From a virus (lineage: Duplodnaviria; Heunggongvirae; Uroviricota; Caudoviricetes), in the IMG/VR virus record IMGVR_UViG_3300049596_000323, positions 1 to 64,000 of that record: a stretch of 64,000 nt of DNA. The stretch is one strand, 5' to 3'. A model generated the notes under the pieces. That model saw only the letters and a program-made list of their open reading frames with translations. It made no database searches and was not told the origin of the DNA. Position 1 is the stretch's first letter, and every line of letters starts with the position of its first letter. Below are positions 18,917 to 28,859 of this stretch, in pieces. Both the position numbers and the translations under genes were made by a program.

Positions 18917-20958
18917 TATGTAAACAATTTATTTCTTTTATATTTATTATGAGAGGTTCCAAACATCCCACCTCTTGATTCTGTAAACAGTACGTTTCCT
19001 TTCTTCTTACTAAACATTGCCTTCACTCTATCATCAGATGTTCCACCAATCTTACCCATAATAGGGTCCATCTTTAATGCTTGTGCAATGGCTAACTCTG
19101 CAGCAATGATTCTATCAAAGTTACCTGAATCATTGTATTGTATAATCTCTTCAAGCAATACAGGATCAAATATCTTACTCACCCCTAGAACTTCTCTTAT
19201 AGTATCACCAGCCTCATTTGTTTCTTTGAATATCACAGACTCCATATACTTCTTTAAGCAGGTGTGAAGATACTCAATTATTTTGTCACTTGAACGATGA
19301 ATTCCATAATCTCTTTTAACTGTTGTGTTTGGAACAATTTCTTTAAGCCATTCAGGTTGTTTCTCTAAATAGTGAGCATCCCCTTTGGCCTTCATATATT
19401 CTATAAATGATATATCATCATTCTCACACAGTGTTCTTGCATTGTAATACTTAATAAGAAGTCTAGCTTGTTCTTCCCAAATCTCTTTCTTATCAGGTCT
19501 TGCACAATACGAAGCTACGAACATATCTTGATACTTCTCACCACTAATTTCATGCATTCTTTTATATATGAATACAGAACCAAGTGAACTTGAATACACA
19601 GACTTACCTTGTCTATAAGGGTCAACTCCTGCTACATACAATCCATAAGGAGGGTTTTCTACAGGGAATTCATATATAACTATAGGAGCATCTTTTGTAT
19701 CACTGTTCTTTAATGGAAAGTTAGATATAGGAAGCTTGTCTGTAAACTCATGCTCAATACCATTTTCTCCAGAGAACAATGTAACAGGAGTTCCTGTTCT
19801 TTCTTGTTGTAACAGTCTGGTTTTCTGTCTCTTAGCTGATTCAATATCAAAGATGTTTGTATCCTCATTCAAGAAGATATCATCCACCTCCATTGGGTAG
19901 TACATCTTCTCCTTCAAATAAGCAATTCTATCTCCAGCCTTTTTAAGTCTTTCTAGGTTCTTCTCTGTAATCTCTTTAGCTCTTTCCTCATCACCCACTA
20001 ACATTTCAACGTTATATAAGTCTGATCCAGTAGGCTCATTTAAGAAAGCTCCTAATGTAGATTTCTCTTTAGCTTCCATTCTATATTTAGCTGGGATGAA
20101 TAAGCCATGTATACGCTTATCATCTTTTGCATTATTATATGTAAGGAAATTAAAGTTGTCTACGTCAAACATCAGGGATTTTGCATCCTGAAATTTCTTC
20201 ATATCACCACCAGTGCCTGTGAGAATTGGAGAACATCCCCAACCATAGGGTGTAGTGAAACCTGGTATAGCCGCCTGTAAACCTCTAAGAAAATTTCCTT
20301 TACCAATCTCATCTATAATTAATTTACGTGGTTTTGTACCTGCAATTGCTTCTTCATTATTACCTTCATCAAGGTTACGTATCAGAATGGAAGAGAATGG
20401 GATACGTTCACCAGATTTGGTTTTAATACCTAATGTGACCTGGTTTTTCCAGTTATCCTCAATTCTCTGCCATCTCCAATACTCAGGGATAAAGTTTAAT
20501 CCTTTATCTATTTTATCCGTAATAAGTTTTATATCTGGTGCATTCAAACCAGCAATAATATTCTGGGAGTTCTCATCAAATGTTGCACCCCATGCAATAT
20601 AGGATGCTTCAAGAACGGATTTAGCAAAACGTCTAATACCTAGAATAACCAAGCCCTTTTTTTCCTGTTGGGCTCTATCAATTTCGTTTGTTACCAGCCA
20701 CTCATTATCTCTTAAAAACGGATTAGCATATTTTTGTGCAATTCTTCCTCTATCATCTATGACATCCACCTCAGTGTGCCATATATTTAGGTGCCAATAT
20801 AAAAAGGGGTTGATATACACACCCCCCATCATAGCACCATTTAAACATAATTCTCTATGGAAATCAAAGAACGGTTTACATTCAGCAGATTCCTTATCAG
20901 GAATACGTTTCTGATTTATGAACCAATCTTTGTAATCTATGTTTTGTAGTTCAATCAT
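18916..20958 (-). CDS. terL: terminase large subunit
   Basis: ATPase-like LVILGIRRFAKS and KLIIDEIG, then a nuclease-type LYVAGVDPYRQG; 680 aa, upstream of the portal. Confidence 0.7.
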   Translation of the reverse strand: MIELQNIDYKDWFINQKRIPDKESAECKPFFDFHRELCLNGAMMGGVYINPFLYWHLNIWHTEVDVIDDRGRIAQKYANPFLRDNEWLVTNEIDRAQQEKKGLVILGIRRFAKSVLEASYIAWGATFDENSQNIIAGLNAPDIKLITDKIDKGLNFIPEYWRWQRIEDNWKNQVTLGIKTKSGERIPFSSILIRNLDEGNNEEAIAGTKPRKLIIDEIGKGNFLRGLQAAIPGFTTPYGWGCSPILTGTGGDMKKFQDAKSLMFDVDNFNFLTYNNAKDDKRIHGLFIPAKYRMEAKEKSTLGAFLNEPTGSDLYNVEMLVGDEERAKEITEKNLERLKKAGDRIAYLKEKMYYPMEVDDIFLNEDTNIFDIESAKRQKTRLLQQERTGTPVTLFSGENGIEHEFTDKLPISNFPLKNSDTKDAPIVIYEFPVENPPYGLYVAGVDPYRQGKSVYSSSLGSVFIYKRMHEISGEKYQDMFVASYCARPDKKEIWEEQARLLIKYYNARTLCENDDISFIEYMKAKGDAHYLEKQPEWLKEIVPNTTVKRDYGIHRSSDKIIEYLHTCLKKYMESVIFKETNEAGDTIREVLGVSKIFDPVLLEEIIQYNDSGNFDRIIAAELAIAQALKMDPIMGKIGGTSDDRVKAMFSKKKGNVLFTESRGGMFGTSHNKYKRNKLFT

Positions 20959-21290
20959 TATTTTCTATTTGCTAAAAACTCAGCAGCAGCTCCTGACAAC
21001 TCACCCTTTCCTCTCACTTCCACCTTAGCTTCTTCCATGTTTCTTAGCTTATCTACCACTTCTACTAGAGCAAGGTAGTTCTTCATTGTCTCCTGTACAA
21101 ACTTACCCTGAGCTTCAATACTAGCTATTACCATAGGTAACATTCCTCCTTTAGCTGTAGGCTTCCACTCAATTCTATCTTTCAATTCATGTAGTGGGTT
21201 TGCATTTACATAAGCTTTCCAGGAAACAAGCTGTGCTTCTGCCCATTCAAGCTCTGTGTTTATATATGTAGTTTTTTTAATAGTCGCCAT
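20958..21290 (-). CDS. hypothetical protein
   Basis: 110-aa ORF, stop/start overlap with terL. Confidence 0.4.
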   Translation of the reverse strand: MATIKKTTYINTELEWAEAQLVSWKAYVNANPLHELKDRIEWKPTAKGGMLPMVIASIEAQGKFVQETMKNYLALVEVVDKLRNMEEAKVEVRGKGELSGAAAEFLANRK

Positions 21291-21558
21291 CTTCTTCTTC
21301 TTTTAGTATATTATCAAGGTCCATACCTTCTTTTATAATCTTATCAATCTCAGACTCATCTGTATGTGGAACGTCCATTTCAATCTCTGTCTTATATTTT
21401 TCCAAAGCAAAGACTAATTCTTTGTCTGTCATCCCCCATATATCTCCATAATCACTAAGAGCTGTAGCAAGATGCCTTCCTAAATTGTATGTAGGAAAGT
21501 CTTTATGTAGTTCTTGTAGTATATAAAGAGCTTTTTCGTAGTTGTTCTTTTTACTCAT
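21277..21558 (-). CDS. hypothetical protein
   Basis: 93-aa acidic ORF in the operon. Confidence 0.35.
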   Translation of the reverse strand: MSKKNNYEKALYILQELHKDFPTYNLGRHLATALSDYGDIWGMTDKELVFALEKYKTEIEMDVPHTDESEIDKIIKEGMDLDNILKEEEDGDY

Positions 21559-21833
21559 ATTAAATCATTCAAGTCTTTATCAGACAGTTTTTGATTCAGA
21601 AGCTCACTTATATCCATTCCTTGTATAGGAACATTTTTAAAGTTTTCTTCAGCTCCTTCCATCATATAGTCTTTTGTAAATGATACAGCCATCCTATCTT
21701 GATCACTCTCTTGATTATCATCTGGAGCACCTGTAATATCAATATAGTCCACACCTTTATTATAGAGATCTACTAAGATTTCTATAAAATTATCTAGGTG
21801 AATCTTCTTAATATGCATTACCTTATTGTCCAT
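21555..21833 (-). CDS. hypothetical protein
   Basis: 92-aa ORF, overlapping coupling. Confidence 0.35.
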   Translation of the reverse strand: MDNKVMHIKKIHLDNFIEILVDLYNKGVDYIDITGAPDDNQESDQDRMAVSFTKDYMMEGAEENFKNVPIQGMDISELLNQKLSDKDLNDLI

Positions 21834-22122
21834 GAACTTCTTTTTTTAATGCTTCCTCCTCTTCTACATTGGCTATAACAGCTTCCCATTTCTTAAGAGG
21901 ACAGTCACATGATAAACATTTTGTTTTAGCAATTAACATACATCCACAATTTGTGCAATGTACATCAGGTCTGACAGTTTTATGTTTTGTTGATATGAGA
22001 TCACACTCCTCACATATAGCCATTCTTTCATCACTCACTTGTTTAATGTAAGTTCTCATATTCTCAGCTGGGAAAAGGTTATTTTTCCAACCCTCATATA
22101 TCTGGGAGAAGTTAATCTTCAT
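21823..22122 (-). CDS. zinc-ribbon protein
   Basis: CEECD...CTNCGC...CLSCDC cysteine clusters. Confidence 0.4.
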   Translation of the reverse strand: MKINFSQIYEGWKNNLFPAENMRTYIKQVSDERMAICEECDLISTKHKTVRPDVHCTNCGCMLIAKTKCLSCDCPLKKWEAVIANVEEEEALKKEVHGQ

Positions 22123-22465
22123 ATGTAGTTCTTGGTTTAAGTTGGTTTATCTGCACTATTGTCTTTTCTAATGTGACAATAGAAGACTTTCTCTTTTGCT
22201 CAGACGTATTAACATCATTAATAATACGTTCCATAGCTAGCTTTTTAGCATTTAGCTTCTCCACCTTCTTTCCTGCCTTCTTCCTGTTAAAGAAGAGCTT
22301 TCCAAATCCAGAAATTTCTATGCTGTCATTTAAGTCCATTGCCTCATTGGCTGATTGGAACTGATGATTGACCACTGTCTCAATTGTCTTCTCTGAAACC
22401 ATCATCTTAACAGCTAGTGTCCTGACTAGATAATCCTTCACTGACATTGAGATTGGCTTATCCAT
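22112..22465 (-). CDS. HU/IHF-like DNA-binding protein
   Basis: MSVKDYLVRTLAVK...ISGFGKLFFNRKKAGKK parallels the HU fold motif LVGFGTFKVNHR. Confidence 0.5.
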   Translation of the reverse strand: MDKPISMSVKDYLVRTLAVKMMVSEKTIETVVNHQFQSANEAMDLNDSIEISGFGKLFFNRKKAGKKVEKLNAKKLAMERIINDVNTSEQKRKSSIVTLEKTIVQINQLKPRTTYED

Positions 22466-22820
22466 GACTTACAGTTATTTGTAAGACAATGTCTTTCTCA
22501 AAGTCTAGGATGATGACTGGGTTGACCTTCACCTTGGTACCGTCCTTGACAAATACACCAATACGTTTAAGTTTGGAGATGATGTTGTTGATGGTTGGGG
22601 GCGAGCTTTTGTACTTCTCACAGAACTCTTGACGAACATTGGCATAGGAGATGTTACCTTTGATGGCTGTGAAAGCAATCAATTGCACCTCACGTTCTGT
22701 CAATCCAAGACCATTCACAGCTGACAGTATATTGTAATACTTCTCAGCCACAGCGTAGGAATCCCCCACTGGTCTCTTCATTTTCTGAACAATTAGCTTC
22801 TTGTTGTTTGTTGGTTCCAT
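22458..22820 (-). CDS. hypothetical DNA-binding protein, first gene of the late operon
   Basis: 120-aa ORF; a small terminase or regulator is possible by position. Confidence 0.35.
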   Translation of the reverse strand: MEPTNNKKLIVQKMKRPVGDSYAVAEKYYNILSAVNGLGLTEREVQLIAFTAIKGNISYANVRQEFCEKYKSSPPTINNIISKLKRIGVFVKDGTKVKVNPVIILDFEKDIVLQITVSHG

Positions 22821-22875
22821 AATTAGTTAAAGCAAAGGTATGTATATTCCTTTGATTGTCAAATAACTATTTTAG
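22821..22875 (-). promoter_or_regulatory. Bacteroidota-type promoter candidate for the structural operon
   Basis: On the minus strand TATTTGACAATC...TACCTTTG: a TTG (-33) element about 22 nt upstream of a TAnnTTTG (-7) box, 15-20 nt before the ATG. Confidence 0.4.
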
Positions 22876-23159
22876 TTATCTGGAATAGGAATGCTATATT
22901 ATGCACTATTTTTATAATCCATTATATTCTACCAATAAATTGTAGATAGTGTATTAGCTGATTAGATGTACTTAGGGCCCCCCCTAAATCCCCCCCAAAG
23001 TTACGAAGACTATTTTGAAACTACCAAATTTATTTTCACCTATTATCAAAACTTGCAAAATATTATAGTTTTGATACAACAGGAGTTTATAATTTTGGTG
23101 GAACATTCCATCACTATACACCATAACATACCATAATGTGTTATAAAAGCAACATTGTT

Positions 23160-23345
23160 AAGCTGAGCATATCCCTTATAAGACACATTATGTTCACAAA
23201 CAAAGCTTGTTCACGAATACGTGAACAGAAGGAAAATGTGAACAATATGTAAAGCTATAGCTTGACAAAACGTAAGATGGGTAAAGCCATAGCTTGACTT
23301 TTGGCAGAATATAGACTTGTTATAACTTGCCAAATCAGGAAGTGA
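23160..23345. promoter_or_regulatory. operator-like repeat cluster in the divergent control region
   Basis: Four GTTCAC/GTGAAC half-sites including the inverted repeat GTTCACGAATACGTGAAC; two copies of AAAGC(T/C)ATAGCTTGAC containing the palindrome AGCTATAGCT. Confidence 0.45.
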
Positions 23346-23776
23346 AACACAGCCAAACCTGGAAGTGTGTCACAAATATTTGAAAAACTGTGACACTCTT
23401 GTAACATATTTATATAGTTATTTGTTACGAAAAATGGGGGCAAAGTTTAATTTATGGGTGCAATTTATACTGTAAGTATAAAAATGGGTGCATGAAACAT
23501 TTGGAAAAATTCATGCAAACATTTAACATGGGGCCATGGAACATTTAACACAGGGGCCACTTAAGCCATTGGTCCTCAGATGATTATACCCAAGGTTCCA
23601 TGTGGAACTATTTTACAAAATTTTTTTCTAGATGTTACAACCCCCTTATCCATGGGAGGAGAGGCTACTCCACATGGTGACCCCTCCTGTGATTTGAGCG
23701 ATTGGGGTAGCCCCCAGGGGTCTCAAAGACACAATTAAACATTGGGAACAGAACACAATCTGAACAAAAACACATT

Positions 23777-24283
23777 ATGGCACAGCCACAAACAAAAACA
23801 GCAAAGACAGCAGTAGCTAAAAAGCCTGCAATTTTTAACATCAGAAGAAATGCACCTGAAACTAACGGCACCACAGAGCGTGTGTTGGCAGGCACATTAC
23901 AAGACTATCTTGTAGATAGCGAAGAATTATCATTGAGTGATAATGTTAACTATCCTGTAATGAATGTTAAGACTGACCAAGCTGTCACTCTTAAAATTAA
24001 TTATGAAGGTACATCTGACTACGGTTTATTGTGGTTCAGTCGTCCATTGAGTGCAAAGCTTCGTAACAAGTCTATCAAGCTTGCTGATATGTTGAACTAT
24101 CCAATTCAAGAGCAACCAATCTTCCAAGATATTGATAATACAATACCTTTGATTAGTGATGAAACAGGCGAACAAGTCGTTAAGTATATCATTAGTAATC
24201 CAGAAGGTGGTTCTCGCGTTAAGGTTAAGATGCCTGTTGCTCCTGCGAAGAGTAATGTTGCATCAGTATCTGATGTTTGGTAG
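23777..24283 (+). CDS. hypothetical early protein
   Basis: 168-aa ORF, first on the plus strand after the control region. Confidence 0.45.
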   Translation: MAQPQTKTAKTAVAKKPAIFNIRRNAPETNGTTERVLAGTLQDYLVDSEELSLSDNVNYPVMNVKTDQAVTLKINYEGTSDYGLLWFSRPLSAKLRNKSIKLADMLNYPIQEQPIFQDIDNTIPLISDETGEQVVKYIISNPEGGSRVKVKMPVAPAKSNVASVSDVW

Positions 24284-24483
24284 TCACTAATATGAAAGAG
24301 AGTGCATTAAATTGTGCTCTCTTTCATTATTACATATACAAGTGGGTGTAGGGGTTAGGGGTTGTGGGAAATAGGCACAGCAAGCATAATAAACTGCTAA
24401 TAATCAATAACTTATCTGTGAACACAAGAGAAGGTGTGTAACCCTCACAGGATAATCATATACCAAATCACTATTAACTAATC

Positions 24484-25101
24484 ATGCTATTCAATACAAT
24501 ATATATAGCATTAAATAGAAAAAACATGTATTACATCATCAACAGAACAACCAACGAAACAAAAGTACATCATGGAAATTGGCCTGATGTTAATGAACAA
24601 TTAACCAATGGTGAAGACATCATTGTTGTTAGTCTTTATTCTAATACAATTAAAACTCCTTATATGGAGAATGATTGTTGGGAGTGGAAAGACTATAATG
24701 CTTCCTTCTTATCATATCATGCTGATGATCCAAAGGATATAGACTATCCTGATGATATAGATTATCCTGATTATGATTATGAGGAGCACACAGATGTTAT
24801 CACTGATGAACGTGATTATGAACAAGAACTTCATCCAGAGTATGTTGTTGCCTCTACAAATCTAATGATGCAAGAGACAATGGTATTTTGTGCCAATTCA
24901 GATGGAGAAATCACTAGTTATGGTGGTTTAAACTCTATTGCATTAAGATATGGTCAGGAGTATTGGGAAGATGCATTTGCTGCTGTTGTTCTATTAAACA
25001 CTGATGAGCACAAATACATATATGTACGAACTGTTGACAGTGATATGAACATTCATAATCTATTTAGAAAGATCAATACATCAGACACAGTTGTAATATA
25101 A
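24484..25101 (+). CDS. acidic early protein
   Basis: Tandem DIDYPDDIDYPDYDYEEH acidic segment. Confidence 0.45.
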   Translation: MLFNTIYIALNRKNMYYIINRTTNETKVHHGNWPDVNEQLTNGEDIIVVSLYSNTIKTPYMENDCWEWKDYNASFLSYHADDPKDIDYPDDIDYPDYDYEEHTDVITDERDYEQELHPEYVVASTNLMMQETMVFCANSDGEITSYGGLNSIALRYGQEYWEDAFAAVVLLNTDEHKYIYVRTVDSDMNIHNLFRKINTSDTVVI

Positions 25102-25195
25102 CACATAATATATATCTCTGTCATTAGCCTTTAGCGTACCAAAGGCGATATATATTATATAACACATTATTAATCAATCATTTAATAAACAACAC

Positions 25196-25423
25196 ATGAA
25201 CTTAATCAAACACATTGCTAACTTATTAGCTCTATGGACAGTACCATATGTAATTGTCCTATTCTTCTTATTAGTATCTGGATTTGCATTTGTATACCAA
25301 GATGCTATTTCTTCTACACCATACATTATATGTTATGCATTCTATTTCATTATGATGTCTATATTGTATATGACAGGTGATGAAAAAGACTTTGATTCTA
25401 TTAAACTATTTAAAATCAATTAG
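25196..25423 (+). CDS. small membrane protein
   Basis: 75 aa with two hydrophobic helices. Confidence 0.4.
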   Translation: MNLIKHIANLLALWTVPYVIVLFFLLVSGFAFVYQDAISSTPYIICYAFYFIMMSILYMTGDEKDFDSIKLFKIN

Positions 25424-25425
25424 TT

Positions 25426-25575
25426 ATGAAAAAAGAAGTACCAACAATGTTAGCATGGTTCTTTGCTACAATGGTTATAGTTATGTTACTATCATCATGC
25501 AGTGTACAAAGACAATATCATGCACCAAAACAAATGCGTTGCGTAGTAGGTAAAGTTAACCTATGGCAAAGATAA
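25426..25575 (+). CDS. small lipoprotein candidate
   Basis: 49-aa ORF MKKEVPTMLAWFFATMVIVMLLSSCS with an LSSC lipobox; begins 2 nt after the previous stop. Confidence 0.3.
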   Translation: MKKEVPTMLAWFFATMVIVMLLSSCSVQRQYHAPKQMRCVVGKVNLWQR

Positions 25576-25685
25576 TATAGGAGTTTATCTGTTCTACTTC
25601 ATTGAATAGAGGCTTTGTAGATTGAGGCACAAAATCTATATTCTTTACAACACATTATTACACAATCTTTTAACACACATTATTT

Positions 25686-25955
25686 ATGAAAAAATTTGAA
25701 TTGTACCTTGGTATTGCTATGATTATGATTACAACAGTGTTAATCATACTCTTTCCATTAGCTGTTGAATACAGTAATGAGAAGCTTGCACTCATCTCTT
25801 TAATGTCCGTTATTGGATATTTTGGAGGTTATTTACTTATTGATAGTTATATATGTAGAGTGGAAACATATTACTATTTTAAGGGTTATGACGAATGTTT
25901 AGATCAAATTAAAGACACAAAGGTTAGATTTAACCTATCTAAAAACTCACATTAA
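25686..25955 (+). CDS. small membrane protein
   Basis: 89 aa with two predicted transmembrane helices. Confidence 0.4.
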   Translation: MKKFELYLGIAMIMITTVLIILFPLAVEYSNEKLALISLMSVIGYFGGYLLIDSYICRVETYYYFKGYDECLDQIKDTKVRFNLSKNSH

Positions 25956-26186
25956 TATAGCAATAAGATGAAAACAATACAGTTAACACCTCAAGAGTTT
26001 TATATATTTAAAATGATAGCAAACTTTAAATATAGAATAGAAAGTATTAAACACACAATAGTCTCAATTGAGGCTAACGCACAAGATTTAGAACTATTAG
26101 GATTTTAGATGTGTGTGTTGGTAGATATAGGGCTCAGCTTCCCCTAGCTGGGTCCTTATTTATTTCATCATTAAACAAACAATTAT

Positions 26187-26597
26187 ATGACTAAAACCTT
26201 ATTGATTGATAAACAATCATTTATTGATTGGTATTTTGACCATGATATATGCAAAGAGTTCTTTAACAGACATGACATACTTGAGTCATTAACAGACAAA
26301 GGTGTATTCACTGTAACATTACAGGATATATTAGATGGTATTGGTTATCTACCAGCAGACATAGTTGCTGAAGGGCAAGAACCAATTCTTGATAATCATG
26401 ATGAGATAGATATGTCTTCATATGACACTATTACATTTGGTTCTAAAGAGAAATACATTTGTGAAGAATGTGGTGATTCATTAGATGGTAGCTTTGGTGA
26501 CAGAAGAGCAGAACTTTATCTACATACATCTGCAAAAGGAGATTATATAGCTAAAGTATGTTATTCTTGTTATGACTATCATAACAGATATAGATAA
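26187..26597 (+). CDS. zinc-ribbon protein
   Basis: CEECGDS...CYSCYDYH. Confidence 0.4.
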   Translation: MTKTLLIDKQSFIDWYFDHDICKEFFNRHDILESLTDKGVFTVTLQDILDGIGYLPADIVAEGQEPILDNHDEIDMSSYDTITFGSKEKYICEECGDSLDGSFGDRRAELYLHTSAKGDYIAKVCYSCYDYHNRYR

Positions 26598-26617
26598 TAC
26601 ATTAAAAACAAACAAAA

Positions 26618-27160
26618 ATGTACATAAAAGCAAAACTAACATTTGACTCATATATGCCTGAAAAACTAAAACCAGGCATGTGGTTTAAACAAACAATTAC
26701 AGACACCATATATGGTAAAAGATATACATATGATAGAGTATTTCTATTAGGTCACACACCAGAAGATCAAGAGGCTTATATACAAATAAATGGTTGTCCT
26801 ATTATGCCTGTTGTTGTATCATATACAGCTAATCCTGATGAAAAGGCTGTTGCATTAGCAGCACCTGATGAGGTAGGTTGGTGGGATGATGGACCAGGTA
26901 CAGATGAACTCAGAGACATAGAGCTCAAAGACATCAATCTTATACTATCAGATTATAATGGTGAGCTTGAGATAGAAATAGAAGACTTAGCCTTTGAAGA
27001 TGGCTTAGCTGTTCCAGTGCTATACATGGATAAGGTAACACTTAGACTATTATGGGATGAGGATGACTATTTATATGATCAAGATGACAATGAATATCCT
27101 GATGATGATGAATATTGGGATGAGATGGATGATAATCCAGATGATGAACCAGAAGACTAA
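26618..27160 (+). CDS. highly acidic early protein (DNA-mimic candidate)
   Basis: C-terminus DEDDYLYDQDDNEYPDDDEYWDEMDDNPDDEPED. Confidence 0.45.
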   Translation: MYIKAKLTFDSYMPEKLKPGMWFKQTITDTIYGKRYTYDRVFLLGHTPEDQEAYIQINGCPIMPVVVSYTANPDEKAVALAAPDEVGWWDDGPGTDELRDIELKDINLILSDYNGELEIEIEDLAFEDGLAVPVLYMDKVTLRLLWDEDDYLYDQDDNEYPDDDEYWDEMDDNPDDEPED

Positions 27161-27187
27161 TTTATTTAATTATTAATCAATTTAATT

Positions 27188-27376
27188 ATGGAGAACATTA
27201 AAACACAATCAACAGTTGTTCCTGAACAACAACTATCATTCACTGAATGGGCTAGAGAACTTAAAGTTGGTATTGCATATAACAGATCCAAACTAACAGA
27301 TAAGGCTCAAGACATGATGAATCTATGGGATAGAGAAAGACAAGTAAAATATCTAAAACAACTAACTCTTGCATAA
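27188..27376 (+). CDS. small early protein, paralogue of 29957-30118
   Basis: Shared motif SFTEWAREL versus TFNDWARKF. Confidence 0.35.
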   Translation: MENIKTQSTVVPEQQLSFTEWARELKVGIAYNRSKLTDKAQDMMNLWDRERQVKYLKQLTLA

Positions 27377-27600
27377 TGAGAAGGATAGATGCTAAACCAG
27401 GTGAACGTAAGTTTATAGATGGTAGATATAAAGATGATGTAGATAAGGGAGCAATGAGCTTTCTTAATATACCATTACCACTTAAACCACGGTTTCAGGT
27501 AATACAACCAATAATAGATGACATACCTAAGCAAGTACTTAGACAACAACAAGCTAGTAAACATTATAAAAAATCTAAAAATAAAACACAGAAAACATGA
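27376..27600 (+). CDS. hypothetical basic protein
   Basis: 74-aa ORF. Confidence 0.3.
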   Translation: MRRIDAKPGERKFIDGRYKDDVDKGAMSFLNIPLPLKPRFQVIQPIIDDIPKQVLRQQQASKHYKKSKNKTQKT

Positions 27601-28325
27601 AAATCTTAACATTGAAAAAAGACAGTAAACAGTCATTTTATTACCTAGCAGGTATTAACAGAGCTATTAATCCAGCTCAGGTGACTAAATTAGCAAACTC
27701 AGTGAACAAAATGGGTATTATTAGACCTGTTGTAGCAGCTGAGATATCATTTGTTGATGGTAAAAAGAAAATGTACATCATTGATGGTCAGCATTTGTTC
27801 AATGCATTGATTAGGAACAATATGGATATTCCATATGTAACAATCACTGTTAAAGACAAGGTGGAACTAGTAGAGAAGATAGCATTATTAAATGCATCAT
27901 CTAAAAACTGGGCTCTAACTGATTATATTACAGCATGGAGTTCATTAGTTCCTGATTATGTAAAGCTTAATCATTACTATCAAGTGTATGATTTTGACAT
28001 GGGTATATTATCTTCTGTATTATGTAATTATATATCAGATGGTGGCAATGTAACTAGAAAAATCAAATGTGGAGAGTTTAAAATAATTGACGAAGCAAAG
28101 AATGTTAATATATTAAACAATCTAACAGATGTATTAAAAGTTGTTCCTAGAATGAATAGAATGGAAAACAAATACTTATGTAGAGAGTATGTTAAGTTTG
28201 TAAGAAACACAAGTAAATACAATCATCCTAAATTCTTAGAAAATCTTAAAAAGAACAAAAAAGAGTTTATACTGGCTACACAAGAAGATGGTAAACTAGT
28301 AGAATTATTCACAAAATTAAAATAA
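27597..28325 (+). CDS. ParB-like N-terminal (nuclease/Srx-like) domain protein
   Basis: GIIRPVVAAEISFVDGKKKMYIIDGQHLFNAL matches the ParB box; DGQHL in place of DGxHR. Confidence 0.5.
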   Translation: MKILTLKKDSKQSFYYLAGINRAINPAQVTKLANSVNKMGIIRPVVAAEISFVDGKKKMYIIDGQHLFNALIRNNMDIPYVTITVKDKVELVEKIALLNASSKNWALTDYITAWSSLVPDYVKLNHYYQVYDFDMGILSSVLCNYISDGGNVTRKIKCGEFKIIDEAKNVNILNNLTDVLKVVPRMNRMENKYLCREYVKFVRNTSKYNHPKFLENLKKNKKEFILATQEDGKLVELFTKLK

Positions 28326-28330
28326 CAACC

Positions 28331-28549
28331 ATGGCAACATTAATTGCATCAAGTAAAGACTTTGCACACATTCAGGTATTAAGTTATGTACCTAGTGCAG
28401 ATAACTTAATTGAATCCATCTATCGTAATGCTTCAGCTAAAACAGCTGCTAATAGATTACAGATTAAGAATGGTAGATATATGTATACACCTACAAATGA
28501 GTATACACAAGAAAAGTCTAGATTTATCAGATTTAAATCCTACAAATAA
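28331..28549 (+). CDS. hypothetical protein
   Basis: 72-aa ORF. Confidence 0.3.
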   Translation: MATLIASSKDFAHIQVLSYVPSADNLIESIYRNASAKTAANRLQIKNGRYMYTPTNEYTQEKSRFIRFKSYK

Positions 28550-28859
28550 TGATATATATCGTTATCTTTGTGATGCTAACTGTCATTGTATGGATGTCCT
28601 ATGAATTTCATAGGGCTCCATTCATTGATAAAGATGGCAACATAATTAAAAAGAAAAAGAATGATTCTTCAACTGAATCCAATGATACCTATCATGAGAT
28701 ATTCTGATGGAATGGAAGGTTATGCTTTCTTGGTTATAGATTATAGCCAGGAGCATAATCTTCTATTTACTTGTGCCATGGATAATGGTGAAATATGGAC
28801 ATTGAGTAATAAAGAAATCAGATTCTGTAAGAATATATCTTTAGATAGAAATACATAAT

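Noticed and set aside
15170-20602. Antisense ORFs 15170-15397, 15448-15690, 16643-16852, 18051-18242 and 20255-20602
   Set aside because: They are embedded opposite the scaffold, portal and terminase genes and have low-complexity translations.
23255-23895. ORFs 23255-23443 and 23665-23895 on the minus strand of the control region
   Set aside because: They lie within repeat-rich, GC-patchy non-coding leader sequence and run opposite to the early transcription direction. No coding signal is evident.
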